Assembly: GCF_009914755.1 (NCBI RefSeq)
Contig: NC_060942.1
From: the human T2T-CHM13v2.0 reference genome, Homo sapiens
Length of the DNA stretch: 64,000 nucleotides
Direction: 5' to 3' (one strand)
Shown here: piece by piece, positions 1 through 13,861 of the stretch
Layout of the letters: each line of letters opens with the position of its first letter
How positions within the stretch are numbered: position 1 is the first letter of the stretch
The notes under the pieces: model-generated
Databases searched by the model: none
The model's input: the letters and a program-made list of their open reading frames with translations, nothing else
Told to the model about the DNA's origin: nothing
Made by a program: the position numbers and the translations under genes

Positions 1-214
1 TCCTAGGTATTTCATTTTCTTTGTGGCTATTATAAATAATCCTAAGCAAATTAATGCAAGGAACAGAAAACCAAATACCACGTGTTCTCACTTATAAGTG
101 GGAGGTGAACATTGAGTACATATGGTCATAAATATGGAAACAATAGACACTGCGAACTACTAAAGGATGGAGCTAGGAAGAGGGGTGGGGGTGGAAAAAC
201 TACCTGTTGGGTAC

Positions 215-592
215 TGTATTGGTCCATTCTCACATCGCTATAAAGATACTACCTGAGACCGGGTAATTTATAAAGAAAAGAGGTTTAATTGACTCACAGT
301 TCTACATGGCTTGGGAGGCCTCAGGAAACTTACAATCATAGTGGAAGACGAAGGGGAAGCAAGGACCTTCTTCACATGGCAGCAGGAGAGAGAAACAAGG
401 AGCAAAAGAGGAAGACCCCTTATAAAACCATCAGCACTCGTGAGAACTCACTCACTATCATGAGAACAGCATGAGGGAAACTGTTCCCATGATCCAATCA
501 CCTCCCACCGGATCCCTCCCTTGACACACTGGGGTTATGAGAATTACAATTCAAGATGAGATTTGGGGTAGGGACACAGCCAAACCATATCA
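215..592 (-). mobile_element. MaLR LTR (MSTA/THE1D-like)
   Basis: tgtatt...gggacacagccaaaccatatca is the reverse complement of a MST/THE1 LTR, with TG...CA termini. Confidence 0.9.
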
Positions 593-1590
593 CTCTGCCC
601 CAGCCCCTCCCAAATCTCATGTCCTCATGTTTCAAAACACAATTATGCCTTCCCAACAGTTCTCCAAAGTCTTAACTCATTCCAGCCCAAAGGTCTAAGT
701 CACAAGTCTCATCTAAAACAAGGCAAGTCCCTTCTACCTATGAGCCTGTGTATTATTCTGTTTTCACATGCTGAGATAGACATCCCAGAGACTGGTCCAT
801 TTACAAAAGAAAGAGGTTTAATTGGACTTACAGTTCCACATGCCTGGGGAAGCCTCACAGTCATGGCAGAAGACAAGGAGGAGCAAGTCATGTCTTACAT
901 GGATGGCAGCAGGCAAAGAGAGAGATTGGGCAGGGAAACTCCCCTTTATAATACCAGCAGCTCTCATGAGACTTATTCACTATCACAAGAACAGCATGGG
1001 AAAGACCTGCCCCCATGATTCAATTACCTCCCACCAGGTCCCTCCCACAACACATGGGAATTCAAGATGGGATTTTGGTGGGCACACAGCCAAACCACAT
1101 CGGCCTGCAAAATTAAAAGCAAATTAGTTACTTCCAAGATACAATGGGTATACAGGCACTGGATAAATGCTCCCATTCTAAATAAAAGAAATTGGCCAAA
1201 CCTAAGGGACTACAGGCCCCCTGAAAGTCCAAAATCCAGCAGGGCAGTCATTAAGTCTTAAAGCTGTTAAATAATCTTCTTTGAATCCGTGTCTCATATA
1301 CAAGCAGTGTTGATGCAAAGTGGTGGGCTCTCATGGTCTTGGATAGTTCCACCCCTGTGGCTTTGCAGGTTACACTCCCCCTCCCAGCTGCCTTCACAGG
1401 CTGGCATTGTGTGTCTGTGGCTTTTCCAGGCACACAGTGCAAACTGTCAATGGATCTAGCATTCTGGGGTCTGGAGGGCTGTGGCCTTCATCTCACAGCT
1501 CCACTAGGCAGTACCCCAGTGGGGGCTGTGTGGGGGCTCTGACCCCACATTTCCCTTACACACTGTTCTAGCAGAGGTTCTCCAGGAAGA
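593..1590 (-). mobile_element. MaLR internal sequence (MST/THE1-int), truncated and interrupted by a solo LTR
   Basis: Typical int motifs: 'cccctcccaaatctcatgtcctca', 'ttagttacttccaagatacaatggg', 'cacagctccactaggcagtaccccagtgggg'. Confidence 0.85.
749..1102 (-). mobile_element. THE1A/B solo LTR nested in MaLR internal sequence
   Basis: THE1 LTR sequence with a perfect 5-bp TSD GCCTG at 744-748 and 1103-1107. Confidence 0.9.
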
Positions 1591-2831
1591 GTACTATGCT
1601 CACTACCTGGGTCCAATTTGCCCATGTTACAATTCTATACATGTACCCCCTGTATCTAAATTATAAGCTAAAATTTAAAAATCCTTTATCAAATGCTTTT
1701 GGTACATAATCAAGTATAGCATACTATATATCATCTAGGAATATTGCATGTTATATACATTTTGTTAAAGATTATTTATATTCCTATGAATTATATCTTT
1801 ATTTTGTCATTTATGGCCTGAAAAACACACTGGACCAATTTAACTAAAAATTGTAAATTGTGGCCATTTGTGTTTCTATGAGTATGCAACACATGAACAT
1901 GTATATCCATGCACACAATACATAATAAAGGTGATTTTTGTTTCATGTAAAATAAAAAGGATGATCTATACCATATTTTAGGGAAGTTGAGTTCAATTAA
2001 GAAAAACATGCCTATAACTAAAGAAGCTTTCTATGATGTACAATTGAGATATGTGTATTTTTAGCTAAATTGACAATAAATTAAACATCAAAGGCATGAG
2101 AACTCTGATTATCAAATAAGAATTAATCTATACATCTAACAAGTAAACAAACGACACATCTTAATACATTGTGAAAACATTCCTTAAATAGCTAAATTCT
2201 GGTATTAGAACAGTAATGTTTACTGTATCTTTTGCTGGAACTGGATTTATGTTTGCTTTCAACACTGCAAAAATGTAGATCAATATTGCTAATAAATCTT
2301 TAAATGCTTTTTAACCTTACAAGCTCTTTATAATCTGAAGGATAATCAATAAACACGGCAGTAAAATGGTTTGTGATTCATCTTTTAAGGCAGTGTTACT
2401 CTATGACATAATGCCAATAACTCTGCATGTGAATGCCAAGATCAATTTTGCATCTGATACATTATTTGAACAGAGAAGGCAGTACAAAATAATCACTTTT
2501 ATTTACAAATTTACCAGATTAACCTTAATCAATATAATACTTAGCTAATTATTTTATCTGCATTATACTAAAAGAAAAAATAATTTTATTCCACTATGAT
2601 TTTTTTCTCTTGAGACATTACTAATCACCAGGATGTGCCTAGCTGATACCAAATCAATTATGAATCCTTTATTCACATACAATATGGCAAATCATACACT
2701 GTACCTGACTCAATTTTTAGAAGAGAGCTTTTATTTTTCATACCCAAGAGAAAACAAAAAGTAAACCAAGGATTTTTTTTAGCATCTTTCTCATGAGCAA
2801 ACATTTTATATTACTTTAAAAAACTTCCTTA

Positions 2832-3083
2832 GGCTGGGCGCAGTGGCTCACACCTGTAATCCCAGCACTTTGGGAGGCCAAGGCGGGCAGATCACGAGGT
2901 CAGGAGATCGAGACCATCCTGGTTAACACGGTGAAACCCCGTCCTACTACAAATACAAAAAATTAGCCGGGTGTGGTGGTAGGCGCCTGTAGTCCCAGCT
3001 ACTGAGCCGAGATCAGGCCACTGCACTCCAGTCTGAGAGACAGAGTGAGACTCCATCTCAAAAAAAAAAAAAAAAAAAAAAAA
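2832..3083 (+). mobile_element. AluY-like with a deletion of about 50 bp in the right arm
   Basis: Alu consensus, but 'cccagctact' joins directly to 'gagccgagatc'. Poly(A) tail; aaaaaactt on both flanks. Confidence 0.93.
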
Positions 3084-3190
3084 CTTTTTTAAACTTAATT
3101 TTTATAGTATATTCAAGTATACTGATTTATATGAAATATATAACTGTATCTCATAATAGATACATTGAGGCAAATAATAGGTATGATTTT

Positions 3191-3274
3191 ATAGGTTGGT
3201 GCAAAAGTAATTGTGATTTTGCCATTAAAAGTAATTAAAAGTAATGGCAAAACCGCAATTTTGCACCAATTTAT
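3191..3274. mobile_element. MADE1 (Hsmar1-derived mariner MITE), palindromic
   Basis: taggttggtgcaaaagtaattg...ttttgccatt / aatggcaaaaccgcaattttgcaccaa inverted arms with TA-rich flanks. Confidence 0.92.
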
Positions 3275-3529
3275 ATTGTATATTTCTAATATAGCAATAA
3301 TTAGGAGGAGTCAAGAGATTATATTCATTTTTATTATTTCCCAAATGATAAGATTTCATAAATTCTTATAAAGAATGAATCTTAAGGTATGTAAAGAAAA
3401 ACATTTGTAAAAGCAAGTTCAAAATGAATTTCAGCAGATTATGTGTTACCATCATGAATAAATGTCCTCTACCACCAAACAAACAAACAAACAAAATAAA
3501 ACAAAACGAAAAAACATTTAAGAGGATGG

Positions 3530-3905
3530 AGAATCACAGGATGACATGCAAACTGTAAAAACCATCAAACTTTATTACAGTATATGAAATGCCCCCCTTG
3601 TAAGAGGTGGGGGGCGAAGTTGTTGACCTAAATAACTTGGAAAACGATGGAGTTCGTAAGACTGAAAGGAAAGGGAATTGTAAATAGAAACGTCTCCAGT
3701 AGGTAAAGTTGTTTCCTGAAGGAATATGTGTTAATTCTGATACCATGCACATTCATGCTGAAATTTTAAAAATAAAGTAAATGAATGTCAGAAGGTGGGA
3801 GTCAAGATTTATTTTTATAGTGGGAGGTTACAGACAAGCAGAAGAAGAAAGTAAAGGATTATATTTGAAGATATCAGCATGAACTCATATTACTTAATAC
3901 AGCTA
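3530..3905 (+). mobile_element. Old L1 (L1MC-like) 3' UTR fragment
   Basis: Degraded resemblance to recalled L1MC 3' UTR ('gacctaaataacttggaaaacgatggag...gtaagactgaaagg'). Confidence 0.5.
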
Positions 3906-3913
3906 AACACCAC

Positions 3914-4862
3914 TGTTCTGTGCGGGAAACGCATGAGGGGAGAAGAAAAGACACACACACAATACCTTTAAGGGTAAACAAGTTTTATCCCATGTAAATG
4001 GCAATGCAGATATAATAAGCAAATGATATAATAATAAGAAAATTGATATAATCAGCAGAGTGATAGAATAAGCAAATTGCAATGAGAAGGGAAGAAGAAA
4101 AAGAAATATATATGTAAGAGAAAAGAATATATATATATGAAATATAAATATATATAAGAAATATATATGTAAGAAATATAAATATATATATTATATATAA
4201 GAAATATATATAATATAAATAAGAAATATAAATATATATTATATATATTATATATAAGAAATATAAATATATATAATATATATTATATATATAAGAAATA
4301 TAAATATATATAATATATATATTATATATAAGAAATATTAATATATATTATATATAAGAAATATAAATATATATAATATATATAAGAAAAAAGAGAAATA
4401 TATGTGTGTGTGTGTGTATGTGTATATATATATATGTGCATCCTCCTTACCAGACAATGGAGGACTCACCACCAGACCGGGAAGCAACAGCCTGGGCTCC
4501 AGAGTCGGCTGGACACTCTGTGTCCGGCTCCTCTTTCGTGCACAGACGAGGAGAGGTCTCATGAAGCTTCAGCACAGTCTGGGATCCTGGCTCTTTCTGT
4601 AACAAGTTGTTGTGCATGAGGCCCGGTCACGAGGGCCCTTCACTACTGGGCTCAAGGAACACAAATAGGTCAACTTGTTTTTGTGATTGTCTATTGTTTT
4701 TCAATAACTAACATATAGGAAAAGATTGAAATAGAGATTTCTCTGAAACAGAGCTGGATGAACGCCTCAAGGGGCTCACACAACCTGTTCTGGGACTTGG
4801 TGATCATTGTTTGTGTCCATGTTCAATTGAGTTCAGATTTAATATTTAACTTTTCCTCCACA
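3914..4862 (-). mobile_element. ERV solo LTR, family unassigned (5-bp TSD suggests ERVL class); strand inferred
   Basis: TG...CA termini and perfect TSD ACCAC at 3909-3913 and 4863-4867. Confidence 0.8.
4100..4437. repeat. AT-rich minisatellite inside the LTR
   Basis: Repeated 'aagaaatataaatatatat(a)...tattatatat' units followed by (TG)n/(TA)n. Confidence 0.9.
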
Positions 4863-5296
4863 ACCACACATGACTGTACTAGAACCATGCAACTAATAAT
4901 TCCTATTAAAGAAAAACAATACGCAGTAGGGGAAACAAAACAACTGACAAAAATATAAGGAAAGACTGATTTCCTTTGTTATACAAGCTGAAGAGAATTG
5001 CAGAATACCAGGCAAATGAGTGGGAAAAGTATACACATGGCTTTTTGAAAACAAAATTATAGTACAAAGATAATAAGAATTTTGTAAAAGTTATCTATGA
5101 ATTGGAATAAGGGAAAATACTGAAATGTAAATTTCAAAATCTTAAACAAGAAAGTGTACATAGGTTAATTGTTCTAATATTCACTGGGTCCAGATGTACT
5201 GTACTGAGATAACAAGAGTAACAAAATATTACTTGAAGATTTTAGCTATCTGAGAGGTTAGTCAAAATAAATAATTCAATAATTGGGAATCATAAA

Positions 5297-5594
5297 TTTT
5301 ATTTTATTTTATTTGAAATGGAGTCTCACTCTGTCACCCAGGCTGGAGTATAGATGCTGGATCTGGGCTCACTGCAACGTCTGCCTCAGAAGTTCAAGGG
5401 ATCCTCCCACCTCAGCCTCCTGAGTAGCTAGGATTACAGGTGCCCACCACCACACCTGGCTAATTTTTATACTTCTAGTAGAGACGGGGTTTCACCACGT
5501 TGGCCAAGCTGGTCTGGAACTCCTGATCACAAGTGATCCATCTGTCTCTGCCTCCCAAAGTTCTGGGATTACTGGCTGAGCCACCATGCCTGGC
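5297..5594 (-). mobile_element. Alu (older S/J type)
   Basis: Reverse Alu consensus with (TTTTA)n tail; strongly CpG-decayed. Confidence 0.93.
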
Positions 5595-6854
5595 GGGGAG
5601 TTGTAAATTTTCAAAGGTCATGTACTTGTAATCTTGAAGATTAATTTAATGGATGTTATGGGTTAAGTATAATGCAAATAATAAAATATTTTTGTAACAT
5701 TTGGTTTCTTCCAAAATAAAAAAAAAACAGATGGAATATTACTCAATACTCTGTTATTTTCCTGTCATTTAATTTTTTAATGAATAAATGCTATATTAAG
5801 TTGTAATTTCCCTTCTTCCCTAGGAAATAATAGGGAAATACACACACTCGTAATGAGCCTTTTTAGAAACCTGATACTTCCTTTTCCTTATATGGAAAAT
5901 AGACTTCCTACTCTTATCCAAATTACAGTTTAGTGTGAAAACTGGACAACATATAAATTCCAGTAAAATTACATAGTATACGAATTGCCAAAAATATTGA
6001 AAACTACGTAATATGATGGGTTTGAGATAAAGGAGATTTTTTCAATGCCACTCTTTTCATAGTTTTCAGAGTCACAATACACCAACAAGGCTTTCAGATA
6101 CATTGGTGGTATGCCTGCATTGTGTATTAGTCTTTAAAAGGTTGGTTATTTAGCCTGGGAAATGCTATGTGTACATTTACCTGTACACATAGCAAGCATG
6201 CTTTTAAGGGCTATTCCCATTAAGTAATCTATTTCTGAAATCACTTCAAGACTCTTCTTGATGCCCAAATTTTGCATTTCTCCTGTGTTACCAGAACGGC
6301 ATGCTTGATTTTCACGTGAATCTTAGCCTCACTTTAAACTTGACCTTACGTAGTGACAATTTAAGGATCCCTTACTCATTTTGGAATACATTATCAAGTT
6401 ATATTTTTGAATCGTCTGACATTGACCAAAATTTTGTCTCAATTGTAATAGCTTCCTTATTCCTGAAATCCTGCATGCAGTTTGTGTGTCAGGATAAGGA
6501 GGATGCACTTTGTTTGAAAGTCCATCTCTCTGGTCTTTCATGCAGCATACTTATGCATGACTTTGCTATTTCCTTTTCCTTCCATGAAAACTCTTTAACA
6601 GAAACATATATGTGTGTGTGTATGTGTAGTATTGACTGCCGTAGACTTACGTATGAATTGTTAATATTAATTAGAATTATTTCTAGTATCATCTTGGTAT
6701 CTCTTCATCCACATTACCCAAGTGTTAACTCAGGAAGGGATGTAATCCCACATCCCACCCCTTTTAATGCACCTCCTCGTGTTTTAGGTACGGTATTCAG
6801 ATATTAGAGTCTCTTTACATCTAGTCCAAGAGTTGCTGTTGCTGCATTTTTGCT

Positions 6855-7450
6855 TTGAGTTAGTGCTTTTGACTGCAAGTATTAGAAAGCCAACAAAATT
6901 ACTTAAGGAATCAGAGAATGCCTTATTATATCCTGGCAGAATAGTAGAGGTCAGAACTGACTCATTTTCATAGCTCAATGATAACAATACTCAGATTATT
7001 TTCAGTCTTTCAGCTATGTTTTTCTCTCCTTTGTTGGCAGTGTTCTCAGTATAAATTTTCTTGAGTTGACAAGATGGCTAAATGGTTACAGTGGTTCAGG
7101 CATCCTATTCAAATAGATAAGAGATTACCCACTGCCCTCTTTCTGTCTCCCTTCCTAATCTTAACAGTTGGAAAGTCACTTTCATAAACACCAGCAGACC
7201 TGTCTCACTGACCAGGATTGTCCCGTATGCCTTGACCTTAAGAAATCATGACCTGGAACAGTGCAAGTACCTTAAAAGGCTTAGACCAGCCAGTATCTAA
7301 TTTCCATGGATTGAGTAAAGTTCAGCTTTCCTGTAAGTGTACAGCTTCATAGAGAATGATGGATAGCTGAAGAAATCTCTGCTGGTGTTGAAGATAAGGA
7401 ATGAAGGAGATGGGGTTTAAACTTGAGTGTCAAATATTAACAGGTTCAAT
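6855..7450. mobile_element. Ancient LTR (MLT1K/L-like), degraded
   Basis: Weak motifs: 'ttgactgcaagtattagaaagccaac', 'acaagatggct', 'ggcttagaccagcca'. Confidence 0.4.
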
Positions 7451-7749
7451 GTGTAGAGTCTACTACAGTACATGCTAAACATCCACTCATTCCCTTTTTC
7501 TCATTAATAAAGCTTATACCTGTAGATAATGCACTCACTCATCTGGAATGTGAGAAAAGCTTCATCTTTCTAGTGTATCTATCTCCAATTTCAGGAACTC
7601 TGGTTTATGCTCAAGTCTTTCTCATTACATCTTGATACAGGTATCCACTAGATAACCAACACAGAGAAAAGAGAATACGAAAACTCTGACAAGTTCCAAA
7701 ATAGTCGACTTAAAAAAAAAAAACTCTCTCTATAGCTAATTTTTGCAAT

Positions 7750-8378
7750 TACTTTTATCAAAAGTTGGAGTCTATTTCTTCAGCTCTCAAAAATGTACTG
7801 CCCATGTAACTTGCTTTGACCAAAAGGAAACTGCAGGCTTTTGGACATTTTGTATGCTAACCCAGAGCCTCAAGAAAGTAGGCATATCTCTGATCTATCT
7901 TGTAACCGCGACTTGAAAAGCCCAGATGACCTTATGGAAGAGGAAACATCACAGAGAAGAGAATCCAGTTGACCTAGCTGTCAAGCTGTCAACATGCCAG
8001 AACTGTCTACAGTCAGATGATCACCCTGCCCCCCACCAAATATTTGAAAGAGTACATCCTAGGACAGGGGTTGGCAATTTAAGTTTACATCTGTAAAGTG
8101 TCGGTAAAAAATAAAGAAGAATGTGCAATAGGAACCCATACATGACATACAAAGTCAAAGATATTTACTGTTTAGTCCTTTGAATAAATATTGCTGATTT
8201 TTAATCTTTTAGAGAAAAAGAGCCAGCTGTCCAACCCACATTTGACTGTATATGCATGAGTGAATTCTGGTAATAGAAGAAAACAAATGAAATGGAAAAT
8301 AATGAACAATAATAGTAGATCATTATTAAGCCACTAAATTTGATGTGGATTGTTTTTGCAGCAATTGCTGATATAATG
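7750..8378 (+). mobile_element. MLT1H/J-like LTR with a MER58-like insertion (about 8065-8200)
   Basis: 'ggagtctatttct', 'acttgctttgaccaa', 'taagccactaaatttgatgtggattgttt'. Insert shows 'atatttactgtttagtcctttg'. Confidence 0.6.
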
Positions 8379-8440
8379 ATTCAGAAACTTCCATTCAGAA
8401 AATAGAAGAAAAATAATATATAAAATTTATGGATCTATAG

Positions 8441-8716
8441 CAGAGTTCAGCATGCTTTTTTTTTTATAAAGACTCAGTAGTTAATATTTTTAGGCTTGTG
8501 GAGAATGCCATGTCTGCCACTACAAAAATAACTCCGCCATTGTAGAGTTAATGGAACACTGCTATATCCATTCACTCACTTATTGCGAGTGAAAGCATGA
8601 AAGTAGCTGTACACAATAAATGAATGAATGGGTATAATTCTGTTCCAATAAAACTTTATTTACAAACAGAGGAGACAGGCCATGTTTTGCCCACATATTA
8701 AATATTTCAACCCCTG
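8441..8716. mobile_element. MER58A-like hAT-Charlie DNA element
   Basis: 'aatatttttaggcttgtgg', 'tgttccaataaaactttatttaca', terminal 'acccctg'. Confidence 0.8.
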
Positions 8717-11679
8717 TCATACAGCATGTATCATGGGTTTAGAAGCTATCCCTAATGGAAGAAAAGAATGAAGATTCCTATGGAACAGGTATGAGTATTT
8801 TTGGTTTCACTTTGCTTTCTTGACCAATACATCTATTTAACTTCTGCTTTCTGGCGAAATCTCCAAATTCCTTTGTTATCCATAATTCTTAATTCTTCAT
8901 TTAAGGGAATTTTTCTTGTCCATTGTCCTTAAGGTTCAAACCTGGGCTGTATATTGGGAGGACTATGTTTTCTGGGAGTCAACCCAGCTTACTCAGCGTT
9001 TTAGTTGTTCTTGACTATGGGAATGCAGCAGCCTGGGAATTCCTTTCCGGTTAAGAGTTGTCGTCATTCAACTTATGGTTTCTTAACATAACACTTAGAC
9101 TTTTACATTTGTGTTCAGTCAATTCTCAGCTAACAACTCCAACCAAAATGTTTATTCAACCCTAGATTTCTGTACGGAAATCCAGTATCCTAGCCAAGGT
9201 ACTCTGCATTTGTTTATAACTTGGATGCTCAGTTTAATGATCTTGAAAGACCAAGACATGCAGTCTCTGGGGGAAGTCCTTGTCTCTATTTATCATACAT
9301 TCATTTCCTCTGGGCTATTTTCATTTATTTGGCAAAGAATGCCAAATAGAAGGTACTCAGAGAAAAATTAGATGTTAATTATGTTCCAATCTTACCTCCT
9401 GCTGTTTCCCCTGCTTACCATGTTGGAGAGAAACCAAACTTTCAAGTTAAGGCATACTAAAAACTACAAAAAATAGCCAGCAAAATACCCAGGTAACCCC
9501 ACATTGTGCTGTTCATTTTCATTGTGTCTGTAAGCTCAGTTGAGGTGTAAGGATTGTAATTTGCTCAATTATTTTGTGACCCCATAAAAACGTTAACCAA
9601 CTGCCTGTTGGGGAAAATGATGTTTTCACTGCCCTCGTTTCTGTTTACTTTGATCAGCCAATAATGCCACGTAGATGAATTTCCAGCATCCTACTCTTGA
9701 TACTGTTAGTGTCTTTCACTAATAAGTTAAATACAATTTAATTTTTCTTTCCTGAATGCTATTGATTATTATTCATCAAAAATACTACTTATAGACCCAG
9801 CTTATTAAATGAGTAGATAAAATGAAGGTTAATATTCCCAAGGACTATGCTTAATGTGAAGCTAATTGTATTATTAAATACACAGAGACACAGATATATA
9901 GATACACAAATCTATAATCTTTTATAAAAAGCACTTATATGGAAATCAGGACTAATTTGCTTAGGCTTACAGTCTTCTCATTGATAACATAGCGAATGAA
10001 ATATTTTCTCTTGAAATCTTGTTTTTTTTCCCTTTTATTCCTTATTCTTTAAGGAAGGCTACAAAAGATAGAATATTATTGTGTACATCTATACAACTGT
10101 GTACATAAATGCATTTTTATCTGGGGACGTCAAGATTTGTGACGCACTCCCAACAATTCTAGCCAGTAATCAAAAATAACCAGTCACAATTAACTTACAT
10201 TTTTCTTGCTGAATATCAAATCTTTCATAGGTAGAAACTAACTATTTTGAAAGAAAGTTTTCAGACACATAAAACATTTTGAAGTATTCTTAATCTTGTT
10301 TGACTTCTGTGCAATGCACTATATCAGAAAAACAAAGAGAATAAAATGTTCTTAGAATATCATTATGTTTTAATGAAAGCAAACAACTTTTTTTTTAAGT
10401 TTTAGTCATTGTCCTTTGTCTTACGGAGAAATAAAATAAAGAGAAATTTAAGCTTTCTCGAGATCTTTTGAATCCATGGAGTACGCTTTGGAAGAAAGCA
10501 AAACCATTGTTTTGTTTTAATTTTCAGATCTGGAAATGAGCACTGCATACATGAATTGCCAGCAACAGTGTGTGTTACAAAGAAACCACAGTTTATTTTC
10601 ACCAAGAGAACATTTTCACTAGATTCCTCTCAGGTGTTCATTCATAGGATTAGAAAAAATGCCATTTCACTGAAGTGGATTAACAATACATTTACAAACA
10701 TAAATAGCTAAAAACATTCATTATCTATTATAGCCAATTTACATTGGAAACTGAGTAATGCAGGTTAAGGGTGAGTTGTTTACACTATTCTATATAACTT
10801 TCCAGAGATAATCATCAGAAAATGTCATAGCTAATTGCCTGGGGTCCTTGGTTTTAGGCATGAATTAAAAAGAGAAGAGAAACAATAAGTTTAGTTTGTG
10901 TGTCCAAGCATAATTTCTCAGTGATACACGGATATAAGAGATGAAGCCCAGGATGACAATAAAAATAAAATTTAGCACTGAAATCATGTATAATATTGTC
11001 ACTTGATCCCTAGCTGTCTCCCTCATGATCTTCCAGCAGATATCAAGCCTAACATTAGCTGCTGCTTGGTATGGCAATCTTACGATGCCGTGGATAATTG
11101 GGTGATGTTGCATGGTAATCAGTGAGGTTTGAAGGATACCCCCCGGTGTTGTATTTATAGCTGTTCATAAATATGGATCTTTTGGCTCTTTCTTACCCTA
11201 CAGCGAGTTTTGCGATGTCTGAGAGCGATCCCACGGAGGAGAATATTTTCTTCCTACTAAAGGCCTGATGATCAGCCCCAAAGTCCCCCAGGAAGCTTGT
11301 AGATCCTGATGGTAGTGGAATTGCTTTCTATCTTCTCTAATTGTCTTACATTATTGAGTGGACACTGGGATCTGGTCTTTAATATGATTTTAAGTATGCC
11401 ATGCTAGCATAGTGCTGACAATGAAGTGGAAACTCAGTCAAAATTTGCTGAATTAATATATATGCATATGAGTGTATGCATTTATGTGCATACATATGTG
11501 TATATTTATTTACATGCACTGCACTTTTTTTCAGAAATATTAGAAATGTTCTATAATTTGTTTTAGCAATGCAAGGAAATACTGATAAAATAAGAAGACC
11601 AATATATTGAGTCAAAACTTTTCAGAACTGACTTTATCTTAAATTCTGCCTTACCTTTTAAAAAATTCATTTGCTAACA

Positions 11680-13530
<1,851 letters not shown>

Positions 13531-13861
13531 GTGAATCTGATGCCTAGAATATCCAACCATTATATTTACAAGCCAAGGATTAATACAATGTCATATTTCA
13601 CAAAGGAGTCATTTAGTTTGTAATTATTTTTGGCATAGCTTTTTGTCACAATAGTAACATTATTTAAAACAATTTATTTGAACAATTCATACTTTCTTAA
13701 AAATAATCCTTTACTGTAATAGTCTATTCTTAAATTTTCAATTTTTTAAACTATGTCATTTTGATTGGTAATTTATTTTTATCATCCCCACTATTGTTTG
13801 AAACATATGTATTGCTTTTAGATATTTTTCTAAAATGTTCATTGCTCTTAAACATTGACAA

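Larger units (their letters stand above)
38..1682 (+). mobile_element. L1PB/L1MA-type 3' UTR, split by a MaLR insertion (pieces about 38-214 and 1591-1682)
   Basis: 'aaaaccaaataccacgtgttctcacttataagtggg...gaaaaactacctgttgggtac' resumes as 'gtactatgctcactacctggg...catgtaccccctgtatctaaa' with an A-rich end. Bases 1-37 look like minus-strand L1 ORF2. Confidence 0.8.

Noticed and set aside
1-37. Twin-priming junction at the window start
   Set aside because: Only 37 bp of the inverted L1 piece is visible, so it cannot be confirmed within this window.
6301-6807. 168-aa ORF
   Set aside because: No recognisable domain, crosses a (TG)n tract, and has the composition of random AT-rich DNA.
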